The notes beneath the pieces were generated by a model that worked only from the letters and a program-made list of their open reading frames with translations, was not told where the DNA came from and did no database searches. From Piromyces finnis finn (lineage: Eukaryota > Fungi > Neocallimastigomycota), in NCBI GenBank assembly GCA_002104945.1, contig MCFH01000048.1, positions 383,868-447,867 of the forward strand: a stretch of 64,000 nucleotides of DNA. Direction: 5' to 3'. Below, one piece after another: positions 37,037-50,500 of the stretch. How positions within the stretch are numbered: position 1 is the stretch's first letter; the number at the start of each line of letters is the position of its first letter. The position numbers were made by a program, and so were the translations under genes.

Positions 37037-37874
37037 CCTATTATATTAAATAAATAATTTTAATATATCTTTTATTAAACTCTAAAAACTTTATTAGTAA
37101 TAGCTTTAGTAATTATTATATAGTTAAATATTATGTTTTATTATAAATACATGTAAAATGAATTAGTTTGAAAACTAGTTTTTTCTAGTTTTTTCGTTAA
37201 TCACTAAAATTAATTAGTTACAGTTTTCAGTAAAAAAGAGTTATACTGAGGACTAAAAGATTAAACCAATAAACAAGTTTTTTAACATGATAAATATAAA
37301 AACAATTTAAATAAAGAAAATAAAAATTAAAATAAATATAAAATTAAAATTTTTACAAATATAGTGTAATTTTACTAGAATAAAGATTAACGTGATAAAC
37401 TCCCAATCCGAGGCTTATTACTCAATCTTTACTTTAATTCAAATTACGTTAAAAGAAAACTTATTGCGAAATTGAATTAAAACCCAATTTAAAATACGAT
37501 CCAAGATTGTATTTTATATAGTTACAATTGAAAGAATAAGCCTAACCAAAGATTTTAAAAGTCTTAAGGAACCGGAACATTTAAAAAAACTAGAAAAAAC
37601 TTTCTAGTGAAATTGATAAAATTCCAGGAAATAAAGACTCGATTAGACTTATTATAGGCCAGAAGTAAGCCCTATTAAAACTTTAGAATCATTAATAAGA
37701 CCAAGAGGCAACCTAAAAAATAAAGGTGTTAAATAACATTTTACTTTCGAAAATCAGTCGAAGAACACCATCTGAAGACGAAAATCATCAGATTCTATTT
37801 TTCACATTTCAAAAAGAAAATCAATACATATCTTAGAAAAAGACTTTCTACTTTACGGCACTCGATTTCAAGAA

Positions 37875-38567
37875 ATGGAAAAACACGATTCCAAGGGAAA
37901 ACAACCCGCTGGACAAGAAATTCCAACTGAAGGATTAAAATCTCCCGAACGAATGGAAATCGAAAAAGTGGATCAAGATTCAAAATCAAGTATGTCAGGG
38001 GTGAACGAATACCTCGAAAAACTTTCCGATGACGTTGAGAATGCAAAAACGTTGGAAACTGAAATCAAAAACACATATGGCGGAAACAATCAAATTCTTG
38101 ATTACAATCCAGAAAACAATGGAGCAACCTTACTAGCCTCCATGGATAATATGTATAAAGAACTAAGTAACAAAAATAACGAAACCGAAACAAGAATGCA
38201 AACCATGATGAATAATTTCATGGAGCAGATACAAGCCCAATTTATGAATCTTACCGCCACCATAAATGCGACTTTACAGACTTCAATAACAGAGCAAAAT
38301 AAAAAGATCGAGCAAATAGATACAAAAATGGCCAACAAAGCCGATAGTTACCAGGTACAAAATTTAGCAAATGTTATAGATCTCAACACTGTAAAGCCCA
38401 CAGATTTAAACATCGCAGTAAATGAGGTACGCGAAGAACTTCAACAGAGTCAGTTAAATACTGCGAAGTCCCAAGATTTACTACCACTCGAGCTTTTTCA
38501 ACCAATAGTTGAGATAAGCAGTCTTCTTTTTTCCATACAGGATCTTCATTTTTGCATAATATTGTAA
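37875..38567 (+). CDS. ORF A of the integrase-less retroelement (next unit), C-terminally truncated
   Basis: LETEIKNTYGGNNQILDYNPENNGA and MQTMMNNFMEQIQAQF are homologous to 18422-19120. Confidence 0.8.
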   Translation: MEKHDSKGKQPAGQEIPTEGLKSPERMEIEKVDQDSKSSMSGVNEYLEKLSDDVENAKTLETEIKNTYGGNNQILDYNPENNGATLLASMDNMYKELSNKNNETETRMQTMMNNFMEQIQAQFMNLTATINATLQTSITEQNKKIEQIDTKMANKADSYQVQNLANVIDLNTVKPTDLNIAVNEVREELQQSQLNTAKSQDLLPLELFQPIVEISSLLFSIQDLHFCIIL

Positions 38568-39235
38568 GCAGTTGTAAAGACATCAAACGCCTCAACTTGA
38601 TATCTTTAATGTAACTTAAGTCATAAATATTATTGTTTAAGGTACACGAATTATATTACAGAAAAAGAAAATGAGTCATAATTTATTTATTAATAATTAA
38701 AGTTTAAAACAAAATAAATTATTAATTTATTTTTAATGTTTAATAAATAAATTAAAATTCTCAATTCAAACCCCTAGTTTTAGTATTGTTTTGTAATAGA
38801 AATATATATATAGTATATAATTATTAAATGATTAATATATCAAGAATACATGGGCATATATTCAAAATGAATAGTACTTAATTTGAATTGCCAATTGTAT
38901 TTTACTAAAAATAGTTATAGTTTAAATATTTATTAATAATTAAGATTTTAGTGCAGATTTTAAATAATAATATATAAGAAATAAATAGTTATAATATAAT
39001 ATAAATAGAAGATATTTTTTCATAATTTTATCGATGTAATTGTTATTAATAAATTTCTATTATAAAAGATATTTTTTTAAAACAATTTTATTTCTTATTT
39101 TATTCATTTAGTGTTACTGTAATAGAATAGATATCCTAATCTATTCTTTCTGTGTCAGCATTACAGCAGTTTTAAGATATCTAATGTAATTTAATGGCTC
39201 TTGACTAACATTGTTGCTGATGATAATGCATGCTA

Positions 39236-42200
39236 ATGCGTCTTCAGCTTCCGCCTTTTCGATATCTTTCTCTAAGTCCTTAATTGTCTTGAGTGTTTTT
39301 TCAGAAGGAGGTTTTTCCTTCTCTCAAGATTTTTCTTTAAATTTCCAATAACATCCTCATTTGAGTACTTAATAATTTTTGTAGCTCTCAGGATGTTATT
39401 AATATGGAATTCCCAATTCTCGAAGTTGTTCTTGTTAAGAATTTCTTCGGTTCTTAATTTGGTTTCAGCAGACATGTCGTAGGTAGTATTAAAGTTGAGA
39501 CTCTTAATCTATTGTTTTGTTATAAAAAAGTTTTTATTTATATTTATTAACAAGTAATTATTTATATTTATATAATAAGTAATTACTGATTATATTTTTT
39601 AAAATTATTTGAAAATTTATTCTTATTTATACTAAAAGTGGCTTATGCCTTTAATAATGAATAGTTTAATACAATGAGTTTAAACGTATTTGAAGTATAC
39701 AACAAAGTTATCAATAATCTAAAAATATCTTTCAATTATTTTTAATTTCGTTTACACTTATTTAATCTTTAATTTAATTCATTCTTTGTATTCTAACATT
39801 AAATTTTAATAGTTAAAATGCTTTATTATTAAAATATAATTTTATTTTATTAATATTAATATGTTATGGTAATTACAAAGAATTAATTAATAGAAAAATT
39901 AATAAATTTTACTATAAAATGTGGCTAGTTATAAAACTAAAAATTATTATTCACAAATGTTCTTAGAACATGTGGATTACTAATATACTACTAATTATTA
40001 TTAATACATTAAATTATTTTAACACATATTTAATTTATTCTAAAATATTCTAATATTCCCTCTCAGACCAGAATGTTTTCTTGTTAAAAATTTGGTCTGT
40101 AAATTTTGACATTTTTGGTCTATTAAAATTTTTGGTAAGCATTTTTTATGAATTGATATATTCTAGTTTGTTTTTTTATTTTTAATATTATCTTTATTGA
40201 AAAATAATTTTATTTCTATATTTTAATTTATTATTAAGTTCTCCGTTTTCAATGATTGTTTTGCTTGCTAAATTATCTATGTAAATTGCAATTGATTTTT
40301 TATAATTGAATAATTCTTTTAAAATGTTCTTAATCCATAATACTTTTTCAGTACATTCAACCATGGCAATATATTCAGCTTCGGCAGTAGATATAGCAAC
40401 CACATTTTGTTTTTTAAATTTCCAGCAAATAGGATCATTGTTCATAAGAATTATGTACCTGGAAGTAGATTTTCTATCTTTAGGATCGCCTCCAAAGTAT
40501 GCATCAGTGTATACTACAATTTCCCCCTGTCCTTTATATTCAATTTTATAATTTTTAGTATAATTTAAATATTTTAATATATTTAATACCTTATTCCAGT
40601 CAGCTTTAGTTGAATGTTATGAATTTCTTGCTACTTTGTTGACTGTGAATGTTATATCCGGTTTACCACAATAAGTATATTAAAGATCCGACACCACTTT
40701 TGTATACGGTTTTGTCAAAATTTTCTTCTTCATATTTTGTTGAATAATCATCAGTACATGGAATTTTTTCTTTTTTGAATATTTTTAACTTTGAATTTTT
40801 CTAATATATTTTTAATGAATTGAATTTGATTAATAATTAAAATTATTGCGTTCAATATTTATTCCTAAAAGATATTCAGCAAGACTACATTTTGATTTTT
40901 TAAATGCTTTCTTTATTTTGTTTATTATTTCATGAATACTTTCATTTATTCCTGTTATTAATAGGTCGTCTACATAAACACCTATAATGCAAATTAATTT
41001 ATCCCACCATTTTCTTAAAAATACACAGTTCAGAAATTTATTGAATGAATTGATTATTTTAAGGAAATTACTAAATAAAAGATTCCATTGACAACCAGAT
41101 TGTTTTAGACCATAGAGAGCTCTATTGAAAAGCCAATATCCACGTCCATTGTTAATGTCACCTGAAGGGATAGAAACGTATATTTCTTTATCAAGTGGTG
41201 CATTAAGATAAGCTGCTTTAATATCAAGTTGCATAATAATCCAATTAAATTTTGCAGCAATAGCTATAATAAATTTTAAACTATCAATGTTTAAAATAGG
41301 AGAAAACATAAGTTCAAAATCTATACCTTTTCTTTGTGTGAAACCCCTTGCAACAAGTCAAGCTTTATACTTATTTATATTACCATATTAATCCTTTTTA
41401 ATGGTAATAATCTATTTGGTAGAAATAGCTGATTTTCAATAGGAAGTTTTTTAACAAAGGTCATAATATTATTATTATATAAAAATTTGATTTCTGTAAA
41501 GAATGTGTCTTTAACAATAAAAAAATAAATTATTATATTTACTAAATAACTTAGTAATATTAACACTAAAATATTCTGTAAATTATTAATTTATAAAAAT
41601 ATTATTAAAAATACACAGAATTTAACTTAAGTTAGTGTTTAATAAATAATTTATTAATAAAATTTCAATTTTTTAAAATATTAGGGAAAATTCACTTATA
41701 TTTATACTAAAAATTTATTAAATTAATTTATAAAATTTTTCAACTTAAATTTTTTAACCAATCAATAATCTTCATATAAAAAAAATTATTTTAAAAAATA
41801 AAATTATAATTGTAAAATAGAATTTATGAGGTCTCGAACTAATGTCATTGAGACCCAAAGTCCAAAGTCCTAGTGTAAAGATATAATATATATCTTTAGA
41901 TTATTTAATAATTAATTATTAATTATTAAATAATAAATTAATATTTAGTAAAATTAATAATAAAGATTTTAGAATAAATTTTATGAATAATTTAATAATA
42001 AATTATTTTATAATAATTCCGTTAAATTTAAATTAAGATAAATATTTAAATTTAAGGAATAAAAGAATTTTAATTAAATTATGTTTTAAAGGGTTAGTAT
42101 TTGAATTATTGATTACTAAATCATTTGTTTTATTAATATCATCATCATTATTATTATCAATTAAATGCTTTTTCTTAGAGGTATTAATATCTGATATATT

Positions 42201-43245
42201 TGATGATTGAATATAGTCGTCATCACTAGAAACACTAAGAGATTTAAAACTTGAATCAATTTCATTAATAATATTATCTGTATCTTTTTCTAGAATAACT
42301 TCTTCATTATTGATAGAAATGTTTGAGTTATGCTTATTTTTTTCTTTTGAGCCATTTGTTTCATTATATATGTCTAATTTGTCTTTATTATTTGAGTCTT
42401 CATTTTAATTGATTATTGAGGATTAAAGTATATAATTATCATTATTAAAATATTAATAGAAAGCTTTGCAATGTTTTTGTAGGTGTTTCTTCATCAAACA
42501 CTACATCTCTTACTAATTGTATATTATAATTTTTTAAGTCTAAAATCATATAGCAATTAGATTCCATGTTAAAACCAACAAAAACTCCTTTAATTACATT
42601 ACTTTAAATTTTAATTTATCTTTAGAGAAATCCATATAATAAGCTATACATCCAAATACTTTGATATATTTAAGATCAACCATTTTACTATAAAATAATT
42701 CATTTTGGATTTTATTTTCTATACCTTTATGTGGTGTTATATTATATAAAAGGTTGGCATATTTAATAGTATAATCCTAAAATTTCAGTTCCCATTTTAC
42801 TTGATTGTAGTAGAGATTTTGTACAACTGATTAATGTATAATCAGAGATTCCATTATTTTGAAGGTTGTATGGAGGAGAAAAAATTTTTAATAATACCAT
42901 TTTCCTTGCAATAATTAAGAATTTCCTTATAATATCGTACCTTGATCAGAATGAAATATTTTGATTTTATACTTAAACTGATTTGTTAATATGTGATAAA
43001 ATTAATAATTGTCCCAGGAATTTCGGATTTTCCTTCTAGTGAAAAACCCAACTTTTTTTTAGTAAATTCATCTATAAAGGTTAATACATAAATTTTACCC
43101 GTAAATGATTTTTGGACTGGACCAATTACATCTGAATGTATTACCTCTAAAATTTCAGTAGCCTTTAAAATTTTGGAATTATGAGGTTTTCGGTTTAACT
43201 TTGCTATTTTGCAGTCAGTGCATTTAATTAGACCATAACTCAAAA
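39236..43245 (-). mobile_element. Two tandem Ty1/copia elements sharing one LTR (39513-40055): integrase/RT/RNase H of the first, PBS and gag start of the second
   Basis: Integrase IHSDVIGP (42986-43243), RT LDIKAAYLNA/YVDD (40830-41309), RNase H STAEAEY (40194-40445), PPT 40056-40066, PBS 39496-39510, gag MSAETKLRTEE (39475). Nested LTR fragments at ~41490-42080. Confidence 0.85.
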
Positions 43246-46216
43246 TAAGTTATAGTTTAATTAATTACTTCACCAAAATTCTAAAATGAAATTAATCCTT
43301 AACACTGCACATATATTTTGATTATTGAAAGAAAATAATGAACTTTAATTAATATAGATCAAAATATATAACATTTGTTAAATTAATTGTTAAATTAAAT
43401 ATTTAATAGCTTCTTTAGTAAATTACACTTTAAAAGTAAACAAATATAATAATTCATGTTATAAAATAATATAATTAAACACTTTTACTAAAATACTAAA
43501 AATAATCATTACTTTAATTAATTGTAAAATAAACAACCTTTTATATTCTTTAACTTTTAATTATTTCTTTTATTGTTATTTCTACTTTTATTAATTTTAT
43601 TATTTTAATGTAAATAGTTTAAATTTAAAAGAAAATATAAATACATGTAAATATTCTTATTTTAATCATAATCATTATTATTAACAAGGAAAATAGTTAA
43701 GTTAATATTTTTATAATTTTAATAATCATTTTAAATAAAATTTTAAATATTTAAATATTAGAAAAACGAGTGTTTCTAATAAAACAATTTAGTGTTGTAA
43801 CAAAACAATTTTATTAATTTTTATAAAAACAATTTCAAATTTTAATTCATATAACTTATATAGTTATAATTAAAGATATAATATAATAATCACTTTTTGA
43901 AGTAAAATTCAAAATTAAGATTATTATCAAATTATATCACTTTTTGATTCGGGAAGATATTATCTTAATTCTATAAATGAATATAGAAAGTGATAATATC
44001 TGTATCTAAAATTTAATAAATAGAAATAAAGAAAATAAAATAAATAATTTTTATACTTGTTCATTTGCAAGTCTTTATTAGTTTAAAATATAAAATTATT
44101 TTATTTAATTATAAAATTTTAATATTTAATAACACTTGTATTATTAAATATATATATGTTATTATTATTTAATACATCTCGTATGTATATAATTATAATT
44201 ACAAATATTATTTTATATAAATTATATATTTAATTTTACTGGATTATTAGGAACATTTTTAAAATAAAGCAATTCTAACACCATTTATACATTTATATTA
44301 TTTTAAAGTATTATATTAATAAACAATAATTAACTATTTAATTAATAAACAAATAAATAAATAAGTTACAAAATAAATTTAATTAATAAATAATTTTATT
44401 TATAAGGTTAACAAAGAGAAAAAGTTACATTGTAAGTTTACAGTTATATAATAAGATGTAAGGTCATGTGATAATAGAAAATGAAATAAAATAAATAAAA
44501 AATAACTATCTCTACAACACGTAGACATTACGTTTACAACACTTTTAATACATGTTTATGTTTTTATAAATTAGTCAAGTGTATTCTTAAATATATGAGA
44601 TAAAAAAATAACATTATGTGTCCATAAATGTTCACACTCCCCCTTAAATTAGATTTTCTTTAAGAATATCTTTATTTTTGAATTTAAATTTATATTATCA
44701 TTAATATCCATACTATCTGAGTTGGTAAAAGTATCATGTGTAACGTTAGATTTTTGCTAGAATTATGACGTGGATTATTTGAATTATCATCCAATAGAAT
44801 GTTTTCATTTTTATTTTGAATTTTTGAGTCAATTTTTGGAAAATTTTTATTTATAAAAATTTTTTCACTATGATTAATATTTAAATTATCAGGAATATTT
44901 TCACCAGCATTATTGGTATTCGAAACATTTTTGGTGGTCAAATTTTCAGTTAAGGAATCATTATAATTATCAGGATTTTTAGAATTTTTATCATTAATAG
45001 CTTTATCAGGAGTTTTACAGCTATTATCAATATTTGATCCAGGAGAAGGGTAAACATGATTATTTTTATTTTTAATATTTGAAATATAAATATTTTTCTT
45101 TCCAAAATTGCAATTATCATTTGCAATTTCTTCTAAAACTTTTAGAATATCATCAGTAAATTTATTTTTATTAAACTTCGAATTTGAATTAATATTTTTG
45201 TTTTTCTTATTTGGAGTGTCATTTTCTAAATTACTGTGTAAATTATTTTTTAAATTACAATTTGAATTTTTATCAAATTTTATTGAACTATTATCTTTTG
45301 GTTTTGTATTTCTATTATTTTCTTCCCTCTGAGAATTCGTCTTGGTTCTATATTAGTTTCTTTCATTTCTTTATCAGTTTTTTCTTCTTTCTTGTCATTA
45401 TATTTTAAATTTTCATTAACCGGGTCCTCGTCCATAGCACTAATATTATCTTCTTCTATATTATTTTTAAATTAAATATTTTCATTATTCTTGGAAGTGG
45501 TCCTTTCTGTATTATTATTTTCATTATTTATATTTAAATTTTTATCCGTAGTGTTGTTCTTGTTGTCAACAATTTTCTTTTTTATACCTTCTGTGTTCTT
45601 GTTGTTATTCATTGATTCTGAGGGGTCCCTTTTGTCATAATTTTTAATGTTATATGAATTAGTGAAGGAGAAATACGGATCATTTATATTTTTATTTTTA
45701 TAAGTATAATGTGTCGGCTCATCTTCACATCATTCAATTTCCCTTGAATAGTGGATTTTTAGCTTCTCATCACATATCTCCATAACGACGTACGAGTGAT
45801 GTACTTGAACCCAAGAAAAATTCCTTTCTTCGCGTTTGGTGCGAATTTTGATTTGTTCAGTGTATAGTCCTTAAAGCAGCAAATACATCCAAACACTTTT
45901 AAGTATTTAAGATCAGCTTCCTTGTTAAAGAATACTTCATCTGGAATTAAATTATCGTTGCCTTGATGTGGTATTTTGTTGTAAATATAACAAGAATATT
46001 TAATAGCAAAACTCCAAAAGTCTTCAGATAATTTAACCCAATATAAAAGTGTTTTAGCAGAATTTTGAATAGTTTGGTTTATTCTTTCTGCTTTTCCATT
46101 TAATTCATGTGTAAGGAGGTGAGTTTATCTTTGTAAAAGTATAAGAATTTTGAATAGTTTGGTTTATTCTTTCTGCTTTTCCATTTAATTCATGTGTAAG
46201 GAGGTGAGTTTATCTT

Positions 46217-47013
46217 TGTAAAAGTATAAAATTTAAAACAGATTTTATACTTAAAACAAAGCAATTTTTATTAACACAAAAATAAAAAAATAAAACATTA
46301 AATTTTTATTTTAAGAAAACATTTTATTTAAACTCTTAAAAATATTATTAACTATATAATAGTTAATAATTAAAAAATTAAAAATAACAATTACATCGAT
46401 TTAATAAACAAAAATTACATGTATTTATATTTTTTCATAATTATATTCTAATATATTATTCTATTTAAATAAACATATATTTAATATAAAATAAACAACA
46501 CTAATCTAATTAAATAATAAAATAACAAAACTAAACTAAAACTAATTCATTATACTTTTAATTCAATTTGAGTAAACTCAAAATTGAATAAAGCCCATGC
46601 ATTATCTATAAAGCTATAAAGTAATTTAACATTATCAATACTATTCTTAATATATTTCCTATTGAAATATAAACAAATCTATTTTTAAAACTAAGTTAAA
46701 ATTATTAAACTATTCTAAATTTATATAAAAAAGTATAATCTATTCTAAAATTAAATAAAAAGTATTCAAAAAAATATTTTAATTATTTAAAATATTTGAA
46801 ATATTTAAATTAAATTAAAATTTTTTTATTCCTTAAATTTAAATATGTATCTTAATTTAAATTTAACGGAATTATTATAAAATAATTTATTATTAAATAT
46901 TCCATAAAATTTATTCAAAAATTTTATAATCAATTTTACTAAATATTAATTTATTATTTAATAATTAATAATTAATTATTAAATAATCTAAAGATATATA
47001 TTATATCTTTACA
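46217..47013. mobile_element. Solo LTR (family A)
   Basis: TG...CA termini and TSD ATCTT (46212-46216, 47014-47018). Close to the LTRs of 25879-32209. Confidence 0.92.
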
Positions 47014-47111
47014 ATCTTAGATATACCGTTTTCCTTACAATACTTTATTACTTTACTGCTGTTATACTCTTTAGCGCCATCTGTGTTGAATGTTTTGACT
47101 TTATATTTGTC

Positions 47112-47545
47112 TGCAAAGAAATGTGTTCTTAACAATAAAAGAAATTTATAATAATTTTCCAAAATAACTTAGTAAATTTAAAACACTTAAATTAACTGTT
47201 AATTATTAATATTTAAAATTATTATTAAAAATACACAAATTTTAACTTAATAGGTTAGTGTTTAGCAATAATTTATTAATTAATAAAAACACAATTTTCT
47301 TTAAATATTTGAAAAAATTCACTCGTATTTATATTAAAATTTTTTAAAATTAATTTAAAAGATTTTTTACAACTCAAATTTCTTAACCAATCAAAGAATT
47401 TCATGTTGGTAAAAAATCAAAATAAAAATTAAATAAAATGAATTAAAAAAGAAAGTAATTTAAAAGTCTCAAACTTAAGACATTCGGACCAAAGTCTTAG
47501 TTACTAACCACTAAGACAACTTCTTTATTTCTACCATTCGTTACA
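47112..47545. mobile_element. Solo LTR (family D, 434 bp)
   Basis: TG...CA termini and TSD TTGTC (47107-47111, 47546-47550). Removal restores NNTFDK|YKVKTF. A related sequence lies at ~41490-41870. Confidence 0.82.
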
Positions 47546-50500
47546 TTGTCAAAAGTATTATTGACATTCTTTAGTAATTCAATAATGATGTTCGGTGCTT
47601 CAGATCTTGATTTAAGAGTATAAATCCAAGGTTTTCTTGAATATTCATCCAGCATAGTCATAAAATATTTCTTATTGTTTACGGATGAATTAAATGGGCC
47701 TGAAATATCGGAGTGAATAATCTCTAGAACTCTTCCGGCCTTTGGTACGGTCTTGTTATGAGGAGACCTCTTCATTTTTTGATATTTTACAGTCTAAGCA
47801 ATGAGTTACTTTAACTTTGTGCTGATTTAGATATTTTTTCAGATCCTTTTGGTAGAAATGGTCTAATCTCTTACGCCATATACCTAAATCATCTTCAAAA
47901 TTTGCAATGAATGGTTCATTTTTATTTTTATTAATGTTTATGAGTTTAATTTTGAATTGGTTTAATTCATTTGTAAAGTTGCTACTTGTATTGGCATCCT
48001 CCCCCATAGTCTTAGTGAGGGTTTTGTAAACGGAAGCGAGGATGTTATTAGTACGGTAGCTAGCAATAATCTTCACAATAACCATAGTGTAATCATCTTT
48101 GAGATTAAAGTTTATCTCAAAACTGTTGTCTTTGATGGTTCCAACGATGTCATGTTCAAAGTAATTAGTTAGACCCTGTCTAGAAGCGGCTACCTTAATT
48201 AAAGTACACCAGGTTTCAAAGTTGGACTTTCCATGAAGACGTTGATTATTGGCTAAAATTAATTGTTAGGACATACTAAAAATTTTAAACACACAAAATT
48301 TTGTTTTGAAGTTTTCTTAAGAAATTTTATTATTGATTAGAGTTTAAGACTCTTAATCTGTGAAATAAATTTAATTGATAAATAATTTTATTTATAAGGT
48401 TAACAAAGAGAAAAAGTTACATTGTAAGTTTACAGTTATATAATAAGATGTAAGGTCATGTGACCATAGAAAATAAAATAAATAAAAAATAATTATCTCT
48501 ACAACACGTAGACATTACGTTTACAACACTTTTAATACATGTTTATGTTTTTATAAGTTAGTCACGTGTGTTCATAAATATATGATATAGAAAAATAAAA
48601 TTATGTGTCCATAAATGTTAACATAAGTAATTTCTTGTTTACATTTATAATTTTAAATTAATAATTTATATAAATATTTTAGTATTAATTTAATTACTAT
48701 TAATCTGTGTTTAAAATAATGTTATTATAATAATATTTAATTTAGAAATTTAACTGTTTATCATTTTTTGATATGCTACTCATAAAAAAACATAATAAAA
48801 ATTAGCTGAATAAACACAACTTAACCCATAGTGATTTACAATAAAAATAACTAATGATAACCCTTTAAAATGAATGAATAATAATTTTATAAAAATATAA
48901 TCCTTTCTTTAAATAAATAATATTATCTTTATTATATAATAAATTCTGAATAAAAACGACTTAATAGAGATGATAATAAAATAAATTATTAAATAAAATA
49001 AAACGACTTAATCCAAAAATGTATTAAAATAATAATAAAATAATAATAATAAATAAAAATGAATAAATAAACTAAAAATAAAATGGTATACATCAAATTA
49101 TTAATTCTAGTGTTTTATTCAAGTGTTCTTTAGAAATTCTTTTAAATTTATATATATAAATTAATAAATAAATAATTGAATAATTATCACTAAAAGTGAT
49201 AAATTTAAAACCTGGAAATAGAACAATAACAATAATTTTAAGATAAAATACAGAACTTTTTTATGTTTCTGTATAAAATGTGTGCTTATAATAATTGATA
49301 TTTTTAATATTTTAATTTTGTTATAATTTTATTTTAATTTTATTTTAATATTATTTTAATTTTAAATTTTAATTGTTTTATTCAAGGTATTACACATTTA
49401 ATGATAGTTAATGGTAACTTATAATTTTTCTAAATTTAAACATTTTGAAGTAATAAGAAAATCAAATAAGTAATATTCTATAATATTTTATAATACTAAG
49501 ACATGATTTTGATTTATTCTTTTAATTTTAATAAATAATGATAATAGTAATAATAATATTTAATAGTTAAAAATAATAATACAATTAATAAATGAAAATG
49601 TATAAAAGGAAGATATAACTCTTCTTTATAAAAATCAGATAATAAATGGAGAATAAAAACGGACAATAAATAGATAATAAATAAATTATAAAATATAATA
49701 AAGAGATAACTTAAACATAATAAAAGAGTTTATTTTCAAGTTTTGAGTGATTTATTTGTTAATTATAAAACATATTTTATTTTAAATTTATTGTTTCATC
49801 ATAAATCCTAGAATTTATTATTTATTAAAAATACTATATTATTCAAAAATATATCGGTCAACGCATCATTTTGATAAATAATGAAATTAATAAATATAAA
49901 ATTATTATTAAACCTGATTTTTAAGTTAACCCTAAAAGTAACTTAAAACAAGTTATAGTTTAATTAACTACTTTACCAAAATTCTAAAATGAAATTAATC
50001 CTTAACACTGCATATATTTCAATTATTGAAAGAAAATAATAAACTTTAATTAATCGAGATCAAAATGAATAACTTTTGTTAAATTAATTATTAAATTAAC
50101 TATTTAATAACTTCTTTAGTAAATTACACTTTAAAAGTAAACAAATATAATAATTCATGTTATAAAATAATATAATTAAACACTTTTACTAAAATACTAA
50201 AAATAATCATTACTTTAATTAATTGTAAAATAAACAACCTTTTATATTCTTTAACTTTTAATTACTTCTTTTATTGTTATTTCTACTTACTTTAATTAAT
50301 TTTATTATTTTAATGTAAATAGTTTAAATTTAAAAGAAAATATAAATACGTGTAAATATTCTTATTTTAATCATAATCATTATTATTAACAAGGAAAATA
50401 GTTAAGTTAATATTTTTATAATTTTAATAATCATTTTAAATAAAATTTTAAATATTTAAATATTAGAAAAACGAGTGTTTCTAATAAAACAATTTAGTGT

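Larger units (their letters stand above)
44365..48623 (-). mobile_element. Ty1/copia element (LTR family C) with RT/RNase H largely deleted, interrupted by two solo LTRs
   Basis: LTRs ~44365-44636 and 48359-48623, PPT 44637-44646, PBS 48347-48358. Integrase IHSDISGP, TDGAKEY, NGKAERINQT. Confidence 0.85.
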
